Assembly: GCA_030324005.1 (NCBI GenBank)
Contig: JARDVH010000193.1
Location: forward strand, 29,608,969-29,672,968
DNA: 64,000 nt
Reading direction: 5' to 3'
Source of the DNA: Negaprion brevirostris
Taxonomy: Eukaryota
Shown: positions 1-12,723 of the stretch, one piece after another
Numbering within the stretch: the stretch's first letter is position 1
How the letters are laid out: every line of letters starts with the position of its first letter
Notes under the pieces: model-generated
The model's input: the letters and a program-made list of their open reading frames with translations, nothing else
What the model was told of the DNA's origin: nothing
Database searches by the model: none
Position numbers and translations under genes: made by a program

Positions 1-1601
1 GAATTCCCTCATTATTCCTATCAGCTGATTGAGTCAAAAATTGAAGAATTCTCTAGTTAAATGAGATTCTATACAGGCTATTGGCCTGTAACCAGTAGTC
101 TGTAGACAGAGATAGTTGAAGTCTCCCCATTAGAGAAGGCAATGGTGCAGGGAGCATTCAAAATGGCAAAACTGTTCCATTTATGATTAATTCATTCAGA
201 TTTTTAATCAGCTTTTTGACTATAGAGAAAGAAAAGCAGCTGTAGGAATGTACTTTCTAAAAGAAAAGTGTATTTTCTTGGGTTGTAGTGTTGGAATTAA
301 AATGTTAAAATAGATTGGCACAGTCTACAAAGTAAAATAAAAAATTAAGATCACAAAAAAGTATTCATTTTTCAAAATATACGAATCATAGATTTTAATT
401 GTGCTAGTGCTCATCTTCCCCATTGTTGAAGTGTATAAGATATGCCAAATGGTGACGATTTTTAACAAGTGCAAACAAAGAAGCCTGGGTTTGGAGTCAC
501 AGTTCAGTTCGGTTTGACCCAAGCTGCTTTTTGCTTGCTGAGCCTGAACTCAGATCCCAATGACTAGTCAGAGTCAACAAAACAAGTAAATAGTGGCTGA
601 ATTCCAAGTTTTTTGCCACTTCAGATCTTGTTAAACTGTGAAATTTGACATTTTACTTGAAATTCAAATCCTATCACAGCCAAGCGGAACCACTCATGTT
701 CAGATGAATTTTCACTCTTGGCTCAGCATTGTGATCAGGTTCACCTACATTATATTGGGGTGTCCTCGAACATAAATTAGTTTGCATGAATGTAAAATTC
801 ACCAGGACAGCTTTTTCATGAACTAAACCTAACCAATATATTTTGCATAAATCTCTAATCACAAAGTACACATGGACCCATTAAGATGTCATTTTGTGGA
901 ACCATGAAATGTGGTTTGATGTAAATTTTAACAATTGACATTCAAGATATGCTTGCAAACATTGGGTAGTGACAAAATGTACAAACGTGGGAACATTGGG
1001 CTGATGAATTTGCCGAAAAAATGTATACATTTTGCATGTCATTATTAATGTGCAAGTCAATCAACATCTTCAGGTGCAAAAGAAACCTCATAAATTGTGA
1101 ATCACCAAAAGTTGTTTAATTTACCCAGCTCTCCTGTTAGCATCCAACAAATAACATTTCAGACTTAATCTCCCAATAAATTTCAAGACGTTGCATATTA
1201 ATTGTCCAGTAAATTCACTACAGAAGTATTCATTAACAATGTAATAATTATTAATGACTTCCAATTAGTGTCTCAAGCCCATAAAGTGATTAATTAGAAG
1301 TGTAGGGTCTCATTACTTCAAGTAGAAAATAGTTGTTGGAGATCTTTTAAAAAGTCAATTTTTAAATTTTTTCCTTACTTTCTTTATCTCTTTTCTAATC
1401 CATTTTTTCTTTCCCTCTGTTTATTTCACTTGCTTTCCTGATTTGAGATTGAATTAATTTATTTTCATTTCCAATCCTTCCATTGTTTAATTCTCAATCA
1501 TCAAATCTCATTGATTAAGGAAGTGTTCTACCCCGATCCTGTTCTTTGGCAATGTTCCAGGTGCTCATTTTCCTTGCTGTGGCACTATCAGTTCACAATT
1601 C

Positions 1602-2385
1602 CATAGAACATAGAAGAGTACAGCACAGTACAGGCCCTTTGGCCCTCAATGTTGTGCCGAGCTATGTCCAAATCCAAGATCAAGCTATCACACTCCCTAT
1701 AATTCTGGTGTGCTCCATGTGCCTATCCAATAACCGCTTGCAAGTTCCTAANNNNNNNNNNNNNNNNNNNNNNNNNNNNNNNNNNNNNNNNNNNNNNNNN
1801 NNNNNNNNNNNNNNNNNNNNNNNNNNNNNNNNNNNNNNNNNNNNNNNNNNNNNNNNNNNNNNNNNNNNNNNNNNNNNNNNNNNNNNNNNNNNNNNNNNNN
1901 NNNNNNNNNNNNNNNNNNNNNNNNNNNNNNNNNNNNNNNNNNNNNNNNNNNNNNNNNNNNNNNNNNNNNNNNNNNNNNNNNNNNNNNNNNNNNNNNNNNN
2001 NNNNNNNNNNNNNNNNNNNNNNNNNNNNNNNNNNNNNNNNNNNNNNNNNNNNNNNNNNNNNNNNNNNNNNNNNNNNNNNNNNNNNNNNNNNNNNNNNNNN
2101 NNNNNNNNNNNNNNNNNNNNNNNNNNNNNNNNNNNNNNNNNNNNNNNNNNNNNNNNNNNNNNNNNNNNNNNNNNNNNNNNNNNNNNNNNNNNNNNNNNNN
2201 NNNNNNNNNNNNNNNNNNNNNNNNNNNNNNNNNNNNNNNNNNNNNNNNNNNNNNNACCTTCAGAGATCTGTGGATATGAACCCCAAGATCTCTCTGTTCC
2301 TCCACATTCCTCAGAACCCTGCTGTTGACCCTATTATCTGCACTCAAGTTTGTCCTACCAAAATGAATCACCTCGCACTTATATC
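1602..2385 (-). mobile_element. CR1 LINE 3' fragment (spans an assembly gap)
   Basis: Minus-strand (ttctatg)n tail at ~1602-1615; translation KCEVIHFGRTN...VEEQRDLGVHIHRSLK is typical CR1 ORF2. Confidence 0.85.
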
Positions 2386-2441
2386 ACCTCGCACTTCCAG
2401 TGACAGATAGGGCAAAACATTCTTCAGCTGAAGAACTCTAT

Positions 2442-2570
2442 GGCTGGGATTTTCCGGCCCTGTTGCAGTGGGATTAGCTGCAAGGAATGCAATGGACCAG
2501 CCAAAAGTTCATTAAGTTTTGGCTGGACTGGGTGATCCCGGCAGTGAACAGGGCTAGAACATCCTTCCCC
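2442..2570. mobile_element. ~125 bp MITE-like element
   Basis: Starts ggctgggattttcc and ends agaacatccttccc (degenerate terminal inverted repeat); similar copies elsewhere in the window. Confidence 0.55.
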
Positions 2571-3399
2571 ATCTAAATGCTCTCCTCCCACAAATTTCTG
2601 CCAATTACACAGCTGTGATGGGGGGATTGCTGAAAACCAATACTGGAGGATCAGCTTCTTTACATAAGAGTAATCTGTCTTTTTAAACCATGTTAAAATG
2701 TGTCAGCATGACATGCAAAATGAACCGTCACCTTGTTGAATTTGGGCACACACCCTTAACAAATATTTCAACAATAGGTTTGCTTTTAAGCATTAAAATG
2801 AACAAATAACCACAAAAGTACAATCAATATTTGGTGTTATTTAAAATGTTCAATTGGATAATTGGCGTTTTGAAGGGAATTGAATCACAGAAGCTACAAT
2901 CTTGCACTTTGCATTTCATTTTTATTCTATCGATAAATATTGCACTGTGTTTTTGTTCATTTCATTTGTTATCTGGTGACTATTATTTAACACTCACATG
3001 ACAATCAATGGCACAGACTGGTGGCCCCTACTTCTTTCCTTTCCATCAGGATGTCTTCTGATTGACAGTAGCTTTCAAAGAACAGATGGACATGAAGAGG
3101 TATAGCTTGAATAAATGCTGAAATGCTAACGTGAACTGAAGGATACGTTAGCCTTGATTTTCTGCTCGGGTGAAATCCAGTGTGGAAATATGGCAGAGTG
3201 CAATTCTGCTTCACTTGACCAGAGGCAGGTTGACCCCGCCACATTTGCCAGAATCAGTCTGATTTAAATAAAGATCCCATATTCATGAACGCTAGTCATT
3301 GGAAGCTTGTAATTTGGGGCAGCTTTGAAGAATTGACAGCTTAAAGAAAATAGAGACAGAATTGGTTTTGGAATGAAATGTGTAATTTATTTTCTCAAA

Positions 3400-3880
3400 G
3401 GGCATTGTGTCCAATTCTAGTACCCCACTTCAGGGATGACTTGAGGGCTTTGGAACAAGTGCAGAAGAAATTTATCAGACTGCTTCCAGGGATGAGAAGT
3501 GACAGTTATGTGGGTAGTCTGGAGGAAGTGGGGTGGTTCTCCATAAAGCAGGGAAGGCTAAGAAGTGTTTAAGATCATGAAACCTTTAGGTAACAATAAA
3601 TATAAAGAAACTTTTCAATTGCTGATGGGTACAAACCCACTGGGTACAGATTTAAGGTGATTGGCAAAATATCAGAGGTGACATGAGCGAAAATATCCTT
3701 ATGCACTGGGAGGTTTGGATTAGAATGATGACAGATACAGATTCAATTCAACTGGTATTGGATATATACTCAAAAGAGAAAAAGATTTCAGGGATTTTGG
3801 GAAAGTGCAGTGGAATGGGATTAACTGGATTGCCCTTCAAAAGAGCTGGCACAAACTATGTAATCCACATGGTCTCTTGT
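3400..3880 (+). mobile_element. Old CR1 LINE 3' fragment
   Basis: Translation PHFRDDLRALEQVQKKFIRLLPGMR matches the CR1 ORF2 C-terminal region; decayed 3' UTR follows. Confidence 0.75.
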
Positions 3881-3888
3881 CTCCACAT

Positions 3889-4230
3889 GGCGGCACGGTA
3901 GCGCAATGGCTAGCACTGCTGCTTCACAGCTCCAGGGACCTGGGTTCGATTCCTGGCTTGGGTCACTGTCTGTGTCTGGATTTGCACATTCTCCTCGTGT
4001 CTGCATGGGTTTCCTCTAGGTGCTCCGGTTTGATCCTATAGTTCAAAGATGTCCAGATTAGGTTGATTGGCCATGCTAAAAATTGCCCCTTAGTGTCCTG
4101 AGAAATGCAGGTTAAAAGGATTAGTGCGTAAGTATGTAGGGATATAAGGCTAGGGCCTGGGTGGGATTATGGTCGGTGCAGGCTTGATGGGCCCAATGGC
4201 CTCTTCCTGTGCTGCAGGGTTTCTATGATT
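3889..4230 (+). mobile_element. HE1-type tRNA-derived V-SINE, CR1-type tail (type A)
   Basis: tRNA-like head with A/B boxes (ggtagcgcaatgg, gggttcgattcc), V-domain core, tail gatgggcccaatggcct...ttctatgatt. Confidence 0.9.
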
Positions 4231-4915
4231 CAATGGCAGAACCATTAAGAGTATTGATAGGCAGAGGGATCTGAGTGTACAGGTACACAGGTCACTGAAA
4301 GTGGAAATGCAGGTGAAAAGGTAGTCAAAAAGGCATACGGCATGCTTGCCTTCATCAGCCGGGGTATTGAGTTAAAAAATTGGCAAGTCATGTTGCAGCT
4401 TTATAGAACCTTAGTTAGGCCACACTTGGAATATAGTGTTCAATCCTGGTCGCCACACTACCAGAAGGATATGGAGGCTTTGGAGAGGGTACAGAAAAGA
4501 TTTACCAGGATGTTGCCTGGTATGGAGGGCATAAGCTGTAAGGAGAGGTTGGAGAGACTTTGTTTGTTCTCACTGGAGCAACAGAGATTGGGGGAGATCT
4601 GATAGAAGTCTACAAGATTATGAGAGGCATTGATGAAGTGGATAGGCAGAAGCTTTTTCCCAGGGTGGAAGAGTCAATTACTAGGGGGCACAGGTTTAAG
4701 GTGCAAGGGGCAAGGCTTAAAGGAGATGTACAAGGCAGATTTTTTACACAGAGAGTAGTGGGGCATCTTGACAAGTACATGAATAGGATGGGAATAGAGG
4801 GACATGGTCCACGGAATAATAGGGGGTTTTGGTTAAATTGGGCAATATGGTCAATGCAGGTTTGGAGGGCCGAAGGGCATGTTCCTGTGCCGTAATTTTC
4901 TTTGTTCCTTGTTTT
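4231..4915 (+). mobile_element. 5'-truncated CR1 LINE
   Basis: ORFs 4342-4602 and 4560-4895 (LYRTLVRPHLEYSVQSWSPH...GDLIEVYKIM...TRGHRFK) are frameshifted CR1 ORF2; tail ttctttgttc. Confidence 0.92.
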
Positions 4916-5028
4916 TTCAGTGCTGCACTATGATTTAATGAATGTCTTTCACTGATTCAAACTCATTAATGAACAACAACAACTTGAACCTAGTAAAACA
5001 ACCTAAACTACCTGGAGTGTCTTGAGAG

Positions 5029-5350
5029 AGGCATGGTGGCACAATGATTAGCACTGCTGCCTGACAGCGCTAGGGACTTGGGTCCAATTCTGGCTTCAGG
5101 TCACTGTCAGTGTGGAGTTAGCACATTCTCCCCGTGTCTGCCTCGGTTTCCTCCGGGTGCTCTGGTTTCCTCCCCCAGTTGAATGACATGTGAGTTAGGT
5201 TAATTGACCATGCTAAATTCACTCTAGTGTGAGGGGAATTAGCAGGGTAAAATGTGGGGGTAAGGGAATAGGGCCTGGGTGGGATTATGGTTGATGCAGA
5301 ATCGATGGACTGAATGGCCTCCTTCTGCACTGTAGGGATTCTATGATCCG
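5029..5350 (+). mobile_element. HE1-type V-SINE (type A tail)
   Basis: Same head and core as 3889; tail gatggactgaatggcctcc...gattctatga. Confidence 0.9.
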
Positions 5351-5811
5351 ATGAGAGGTGAAAGATGCGACAGCCAGAGAGATTTCGGGAGGATGTTTGA
5401 GAGTTTAGGGTCTATGTATCTGAAAGCCAGTGGTGGAGCCAACAGGAGATACAAAAGACCCTGAAATGGAGATGGTTGTAGAGTTGGAGGTAACAGGGAT
5501 AGGGAGCGATGAGGCCATGGAGGAAGTTAAAAACAAGGATCAGAATTTTAACACTGAAGTGTTGCCAAACAGGAAGCATGCATGTTGATGGGCACAGAGC
5601 TGATGGGTGAATGGAACATTGTATGTGGTAGAATGTGGGCAGAGGAGCTTTCGACAACTCAAGTGCATGGAGTACGAAAAATCAGGACTCAACCAGAAAA
5701 ACATTGGAATAGTCCAGGCTAGTGGTAAGGAGGGTTTCAGCAGCAGGTGGACTGAGATGGTGGTGGAGTCAGGCAATGTTATGGAGGCGTTGGTGATAAC
5801 ATTTCTCTATA

Positions 5812-5945
5812 TTTACCACCCGTCTGTACTGTACCATACCGCTGTAATGTACCACCCCTCCTTACTGTATCACCCCTCTGTATTGTACCATACCTCTGTA
5901 CTGTACTATCCCTTTGCACTGCACCACCCCTCCATACTGTACAAT
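5812..5945. repeat. Degenerate 18-bp minisatellite, ~7 copies
   Basis: Unit ~tgtaccacccctctgtac, visible as YHPSVL/YHTAVM/YHPSLL/YHPSVL/YHTSVL/YYPFAL/HHPSIL in ORF 5607-6110. Confidence 0.8.
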
Positions 5946-6455
5946 CACCTCTGGTCAAATAGAATGCCAACTTGTAAACAGTCTGGTTTGGCCTTAGACA
6001 ATTGTCAGGAAAAAGAAGGAAATCAGTGGCCAAGAAAAATAATTTGTATCGGGGATCAAAGATATTATGGTCTTTCCAGTGGAAGAAAATGTTTGCTCAT
6101 CCTGTACTGAGTATCAGGCAAGCAGTCTAATAATTTAACAAGAGTGGAAGGTCCGAGTGAGGTGATGGTTAGGTTGACCTCAGTATCACCAGTGTACATG
6201 TGGAACCTGCCCAGCAGCAGCACATAGATGATAAATACAAGAGGCCAAGAATAGAAGCTTGGTGGATTTTTGGTAATGGCAGGGGATTGAGAAAAGAAAC
6301 CAATGCAAGTGATGTTTTGGCTATGACCGGACAGGAAGAATAGAAGAATGTGAGACCAGTCCCACCCAGCGGGGTGATGGAAGAGAATTATGTTGTCTAC
6401 CACATCAAAGGTTGAGAAGGGTTAGTTCACCATGGTCACACACTCACATGAGATG

Positions 6456-6763
6456 TTTTTTATTCTTTCGCGGGATGTGGGCATCACTGGCATGGCCAGC
6501 ATTTGTTGTCCATCCATAACTGCCTTGGAAGTGAGTCTCTTGCTAGCCCATTTCTGAGGGCAGCTAAGAGTCAACATTGTTGTGTGTCTGGAGTCACATG
6601 TAGGCCAGACCATGTAATGATGGCAAATGTTCTTTTCAAATGATTTTTTTTTCACCATTACTGAAACTGGCTTTAGATTCCACCAGCTACCTTAGTGGGA
6701 TTAGTCCCTATGTCCCCAGAGAATATGAGTCCAGTGACATTACTACCTCATGACCATTCTCCC
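6456..6763 (-). mobile_element. SINE family 2 (tail ggatgggcaataaatgctggcc)
   Basis: Reverse complement of the element at 9931-10282 (tggagtcacatgtaggccagacc core). Confidence 0.8.
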
Positions 6764-7096
6764 TTAATGACCGTTGTGACTTTCGTAAGTGTCTCTTTAA
6801 TGCAGTGACAGGGGCAAAGCCTGTTTTGAGCAATTCATATATGGAATTCTGGAAATGATGGTGACAGATTTGGGAGGTAATGATGTGTTCGAGGATTTTA
6901 GAGAGGAGAGGGATTTTAGAATAGAGAAGTTCAGTTTGGAGGAACTGATTGGCACGGAGTAATGTAAGTCTATAAGGAGAGCAGCAGTGGCAACATTGGC
7001 TAGAATAAACAGTGTAATCTTAATAACCTAATATAAGACAATTCAGTGACAAAAAGAACTTTAATGACTGTATCAGGGCAGGCAAAGTAAGGGATG

Positions 7097-7222
7097 TGGT
7101 GAATTTTACTGTCCCGCCAACCAAAGGAATCAGAGTGGGCAAGGTGCAGACTATGGAAAGGTCTGTTGACTTCGGGTGGGATTTTCAAGTTTTGCGACAA
7201 GGGAGGCCAGAAAATCCCACCC
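7097..7222. mobile_element. ~125 bp MITE-like element
   Basis: Ends tggtgaatttt ... agaaaatcccaccc; internal gggtgggattttc box; homologous to 21048-21173. Confidence 0.7.
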
Positions 7223-7446
7223 AACATCTTTCGAAAGTTTTCTGCAAACACTTAATGTAACTTCCCTTCACATTGCTTCAATCGTTTACCACTAAAGCCT
7301 GGAGAACCGTGTGCTGATTTTACAGCCCACGCCATCAGCTGCCAGTGTTCTCTCACTCACAACCTTACATATATGCACCCTCATAGAAAAAGGGAAAATC
7401 TGGAAATATTCAGCAGCTCTGGCGGCTTCTGTGGAAACAGAATCAG

Positions 7447-8330
7447 TGGCGAAATTCTCCCATGCTGGAACTAAATCCCATGGCGGATGGGAACGTGGAG
7501 TGTTTCCTTCTGTGGAGGCCAACGGAAAAACACGGCAAATCTTCCAGTCCCAAACTCATTAGTCAGGCATCCGCGTGTTTTGTGCCATCTTCAGTGGCAG
7601 AGCAAGCCTGATGGCACATGGCCTGCCATCCTATCTAGACGCCATAGGTGCCCAACATCACTAAGGAAAGACAGTTGACTTCCTGAGAATGAAAATGGAT
7701 CTCAAGCAATGTTCTGAGGCTGGAAGATGGACCCCTTTAGGGCAGCAAATCTGGAAGTTCCAGCCACAGATGATGTCCCCACCCATGGCAGTGGGGTCCA
7801 GAATTACTGTAATTCTCCATTCTGGACACCGGAGGCAGCCCCAGGCATTGTTCAGGGGAGTCCCGCCATCTGCTCACAAATATGTATGACACTGGCGTGC
7901 TTTCCCCCTGGCACCATGGAGAAACGGGCATGGGTGGTTGTGCTTTCATCTGCTTCACATTACCAGGATACAGATAAGTTTCCTAATGGCTTCCAGCAGT
8001 TTTCCCAATCCACCATGGCAGGCACCAGTGGAACATCCTGCATGAAATTCATGCCAGCAAAAAACTGGTTTTTGAGTCTCACGCTGGATTGTCTCTCTCC
8101 CACCAGCCATTGAACTGGGCAGCAGGGGCAGGCAGGGGGGGGCAAGCATTGGAGCTGGCACTGGGGGCATGGGATAATCCCACCCCTTTTTTTTGGGTCA
8201 ATGGCATTTCATTAACAGGGCTTGAAACGTTGTGGGAAATTTTCCGACCTTACCTGCTGCCAGAATTCTCCCATCCTGCTGCAATGAATGGAGATTTGGC
8301 TGAGCGCGGAAGTCTCCATTCTCACTGGCA
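7447..8330. mobile_element. Probable non-autonomous Harbinger-type DNA element(s), GC-rich
   Basis: Begins tggcgaaattctccc, similar to other TIR-like ends in the window; GC-rich interior; Penelope-like ends on both sides. Boundaries uncertain. Confidence 0.4.
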
Positions 8331-8947
8331 GTGGTAGTGGGGCATGTGGGATCTGTTAACTCCGTTTCTCACTCCACAAATGCTGGCTGAGCAGCTCAGT
8401 ATTTCCAATAATTTCTGGGGGTTTTTTTGCATNNNNNNNNNNNNNNNNNNNNNNNNNNNNNNNNNNNNNNNNNNNNNNNNNNNNNNNNNNNNNNNNNNNN
8501 NNNNNNNNNNNNNNNNNNNNNNNNNNNNNNNNGCATTTCTACAATATTTGTGACACAGTAAATTTAAATCAGTTGCTGCACCCACTGTTAACACCCCCAG
8601 TTATGGCCTTCCAAATAGTAGAAGATTTTGTTGGATTTCACTGTGCTGCACTATTGGATCTGGCATCCTGCAGGTTAGGGGCCCTGTGGAGATATTGCCC
8701 AGCATGAGCATAGCAGGAATTGGTTTCTATTGTTCTCTCAGGGTGACGTTACGTAGGACCAACTTCCAACCCTGCCCATTGAGTGCACATTGACCAATAC
8801 CCCAGCACTGAAAGCTCATGCAACTACACGGAAGTTGCAGCCTATTGTGAACCCATCTTAGATTTAGATACCATGGAACAAGAGCTACCTTTATCTTCAA
8901 ATAGCCCTGCATCAGAACAATGGTCAGCTAGCTACCTGTTACTCAGA

Positions 8948-9053
8948 GGAGTGAATTTTCCCATCCTATCTGCCATGGGAATTGGAGCAGGCAAGGGGTG
9001 GACCATGCATGATTTTCCGGTTTTGGAGCGAGCACAGCCAGAAAATCCCACCC
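8948..9053. mobile_element. MITE-like element (internally deleted), 3-bp TSD AGA
   Basis: aga|ggagtgaattttccc ... agaaaatcccaccc|aga. Confidence 0.7.
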
Positions 9054-9123
9054 AGAGTGCCTTGAGGAAGCACAAGATTAGATTTGAAAGTCGAGATATG
9101 ACACAATAGCATCAAGGGTAAGT

Positions 9124-9465
9124 TTTTAAAAAAATTCTTTGATGAGATGTAAGCATTGCTGGCAAAGCCAGCATTTGTTGCCCATCCCTAATTGCCCTTC
9201 AGCGCAGTTAAGAGTCAACGGCATTGCTGTACGTCTGGAGCCACATGTAGGCCTGACTGGGTAAAGATGGCAGATTTTCTTCCACGAGTGAACCAGATGG
9301 GTTTTTACAAAAATCATTGCTATTTGTCATGATCACCATGGCTGACAGAAGCTTTGTATTCCAGATTTTGTTAATTGAGTGCCAATACCACCAGCTTCTA
9401 TAATGGAATTAGAACCCAAGTCCTTAAGCCTGGCCTTCAGAGATTACCAGTCCATCACCCCCTCC
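9124..9465 (-). mobile_element. SINE family 2
   Basis: gccagcatttgttgcccatccc...ctggagccacatgtaggcctgactgggtaaagatggcag, the reverse complement of 9931-10282. Confidence 0.8.
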
Positions 9466-9930
9466 ATTTAAGCTACTCATAAAATCTAGGCTGTGATATG
9501 GGCTATGAATTAAATTCTGGTGACAATGAAGCTTTTGACTGTGAAAATGGGCTCCATATTGCACTGGTGCCATTGCCCCTGAAGGGTTAAAGTGAGAAAC
9601 TGGTGAGTACAGGATTTCTGCTGCGGCCCACATGGCATCCCCATGCCAGGGAAGGCACTGGCAGGGCTGTCTCCTGCCAGTGCCAGAAGATTACACAGTG
9701 GACAGATGATGATGTTGTACAGCTGTTTCAGCTGATTTGAAGCACATTCTGCAAACTTGGATCAAGTGGGTCCAGTAATCACTGACAGCTGGGCAAGGGA
9801 CCGCACCCCGTTGCACTCTCCCTACCCCTCGCAGCCTATTTAAAGGACCAACTTACTACTGAAATGCTTAAAGAAGTGTAGGGGAGGGACAGGGAGAGAG
9901 CTCTCCAGGCTATCCCACCTTGAGTTTTCA

Positions 9931-10282
9931 GGAGAGGCAAGGACCTATGGTATTATCGCTAGACTATGAAGCCAGAAACTCAGCTAATATTCTGGGGACC
10001 TGGGTTCAAATCCTGTCACGGCAGACGGTGAAATTTAAATTTAATTTAAAAAATCTGGAATTAAGAACCTGCTGATGACCATGAAACCATTGTCAATTGT
10101 CAGAAAAAACCCATCTGCTTTACTAACGCCCTTTAGGGAAGGAAATCTACCACCCTCACCTGGTCTGGCCTATATGTGACTCCAGAGCCACAGCAATACG
10201 GTTGACTCTCAGGCAACTATGGATGGGCAATAAATGCTGGCCAGCCAGAGATGCCCATGTCTCATGAATGAATTAAAAAAAA
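9931..10282 (+). mobile_element. SINE family 2, full length
   Basis: tRNA-like head with B box gggttcaaatcc; core ggaaggaaatct...gtgactccagagccacagcaat; tail ggatgggcaataaatgctggcc...atgaatgaattaaaaaaaa. Confidence 0.85.
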
Positions 10283-10309
10283 CACTTCTTCTGTCTCCAC
10301 TTCAATCTT

Positions 10310-10530
10310 ATGCACCTGAGATTCACCAAGGAGATGATCACTAAACTCTGTGACCTCCAGCCGCAGAACAGTGCAAGGAACCTGCTGTCAGAGGTCATCA
10401 AGGTCATGGTTGTCTCAAACATCCACACAAATTGATCTTTACAAATGAGAGCTCGTGATATTGAGCATGTGGTCATATCCATCGCGCCATCTATCATTGC
10501 ATTCAGTTACAGAGACTCTGCATGTGAGGA
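10310..10530 (+). mobile_element. Harbinger/PIF transposase remnant (HARBI1-like N-terminal region)
   Basis: Manual translation HLRFTKEMITKLCDLQPQNSARNLLSEVIKVMVVSNIHTN*SLQMRARDI resembles the Harbinger transposase motif RLRF.KE...ELC...DLQP...ALPV..KV..ALNF.ASGSFQ...GD; contains an in-frame stop. Confidence 0.65.
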
Positions 10531-10806
10531 AAGGCAAGTTCATTGCTAAAGTGCATTGGAATTGTGAAATGCCTTAAAAGAAAGGTATTATGGCAGATAC
10601 TAAGGAGATGAGCAATTGCCTAAATGATTGTGCGCTGTTGGTCATGTTGGCAGCATAGTATTCTTTAGCATTGATGTTGATTTGGGTATTTATGAGGGAA
10701 GCACAACAGACCTTGTGGGTGCCTTCAATTATTTATTAAATCTTGTGGCAGGGAGTCCTGTCACAATAAAATTGCTATGGTTTGCCAAGTTGGTACCAGC
10801 TGACCA

Positions 10807-11195
10807 TTTGATTTGATTTATTATTGTCAAATGTCTTAACACGCAGTGAAAAGTATTATTTATTGTGCGCTATACAGACAAAACATACCGTACATAGAGA
10901 AGGAAATGAGAGAGTGCAGAATGTCTATGGTGTAGAGAAAGATCAATTAATGCAAAATTAGTCCACTCAAAAGTAGCAGGGAGGAAGCTGTTCTTGAGTC
11001 GGTTGGTAGGTGACCTCATTCTTTTGTATCTTTTTCCAAATGGAAAAAGGTGGACGAGAGAATGTCTTGGGTGTGTGAGGTGAATTATGCTGGCTGCTTT
11101 GCCGAGGCAGCGGGAAGCATAGACAGAGTCAATGGATGGAAGGTTGGTTTGTGTGATGGACTGAGCTCCATTCACAACCTTTTGTATTTCCTTAC
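10807..11195 (-). mobile_element. Rex1/Babar LINE 3' fragment
   Basis: ORF 10870-11205 RKEIQKVVNGAQSITQTNLPSIDSVYASRCLGKAASII..THP.HSL.HL.P.GKRY...TNRLKNSFLP; minus-strand tail tgacaataataaaatcaaatcaaat. Confidence 0.88.
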
Positions 11196-11729
11196 GGAAC
11201 AGCATCTGCTGCAGCTACTAGCACTAGAGGACAATGCATCCATCATTTGCCTAATCTATTTGTAAACAACCATTTGGTGAATCAATTTCCCAGTACCAGC
11301 CCTGGAAGTTAAGGGTAGTGGTGATATTCACACCAACTATCACCATGGTGAATAGAGTACAGCCGAGTTGCAGTCTGCTGGAGCATATGGGAGTAGTATC
11401 TTTGCAAAACAAATGCCAGCAATAATGGGTTTTAAGCAGCATTAGTAACTAAATAAACATATCCCTGTAAACTAGCAACTGCTTTCAAGATGCGTTGGTC
11501 CCAGTTTCAACCTGAATTGATTAATCTGCAGTTTAAATAGTGAGAAACCAGGTGCTATTATTTAATGCATCTTCACCAGCTTACTTCCATGTATTCACCC
11601 AAGAATGATCAGTCTCATCACTATCATTGGAAGAAAATCAAATGGTAAAACACAGCAATGGATGTGGCGTCACAGGTCCACACCCTATTTCCTTTTTGGA
11701 AATATTTCTTCACTATAACTTTTAAAAGT

Positions 11730-12460
11730 CTGTTGTCTGCCTATATTGTCCTTGGGTCTTGTGGAAGTATATTAATAGAATCTCTCATATGTAAATAGCT
11801 CCTTTTCAATCTGTTCATTCTGAGTCTAGGTATTTGTGAGTTCTCTACTTGACTGTCCAGCCCAATCTGTGTAAGTGCTAAGTGCTGTGCAAAGGTTTAT
11901 TTCTGAAACATTTATTTGCATAATGAATTTTTCTTGCCATTGCAGTATTTCAGCATCAGGTGAGTTGTTACTCTCTGTTTGACTTGGTCAAGTACTTGAT
12001 CATGAACATGCAAATTATACCATTCTGCATCCTTGAATGGCAGTTTCCTCATTAGTTCAGTTTGATCAACTTGGGTGATCCTCAAGGGTTTGGGCTCCTT
12101 CCAAACTGCGCTGATCTCTTCAGTTTTCAGATTATGGAGCGGATGAAGTTTTATTGAGGGTTCACATTTCATTTTAGGATCATTGCTCTGAGCTTTCTTT
12201 GATGGTCAATAGTCGATTTGTCAACTGTGTCAACTTAATCAAACACCAACATGTCATTGGAGATGATCTTTGCTCCTGGCAATTATTTCTATATTTCTTG
12301 ATGTTGGTTGTGTGTTAATTTGCCTGCATAAAGTACATCAGGATCCATCTACAACCAGCCTGTTCCATCATATATTTATATTAATTTACATCATCTTTGC
12401 AGCATTTTAGCTGGCTCGAAGTATTATAAATTGCTGGATTGTGGTGCATCTCATCCAGGG
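11730..12460 (-). mobile_element. Highly decayed Gypsy pol remnant (RT to RNase H)
   Basis: Minus-strand peptides LPGAKIISNDMLVFD...IDHQRKLRAM (IADD region), MRKLPFKDAEW...HDQVLDQVKQRVT..LMLKY, and SRELTNT*TQNEQIEKEL (RNase H YAQIEKE motif). Confidence 0.65.
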
Positions 12461-12469
12461 ATATTCATT

Positions 12470-12723
12470 CAGGTGTAACCCCATACATTTACCATGTCTA
12501 ACCCATCTAACCTACACATCATGGAACAATAAGAAGCAATTTTGCACGGTCATTCAATGTAACCCATACATCTTTGGACTGTGGGAGGAAACCGAAGCAC
12601 CCAAAGGAAACCCAGGAAGGCACAGGGAGAATGAGCAAACTCTATACAAACAATGAATGAAGGCTGGAATTGAACCCAAGTCCCTGGCACTGTGAGGCAC
12701 CAGTGGTAACCACTGTGCCACTT
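12470..12723 (-). mobile_element. HE1-type V-SINE, partial
   Basis: catctttggactgtgggaggaaacc...ggaattgaaccc...aaccactgtgcca. Confidence 0.85.

Larger units (their letters stand above)
4972..6960 (-). mobile_element. Decayed L2 LINE interrupted by SINEs and a minisatellite
   Basis: Tail aacaacaacaacttg at ~4972. Minus-strand peptides LPVWQHFSVKILILVFNFLHGL, PLVFIIYVLLLG...HMYTGDT (decayed YADD)...LLDCLPDTQYRMS and PCHCIKETLTKVT resemble L2 ORF2. Confidence 0.75.

Noticed and set aside
1546-2371. Long ORFs made mostly of X (also 19641-20351, 31172-31863, 47434-47820)
   Set aside because: Artefacts of N gaps.
3889-3960. tRNA genes at SINE heads
   Set aside because: A/B boxes are present, but each continues into the SINE core and lacks a complete cloverleaf.
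5607-6110. 167-aa ORF with YHPSVL repeats as a repeat protein
   Set aside because: It is antisense L2 sequence plus a minisatellite; no gene structure supports it.
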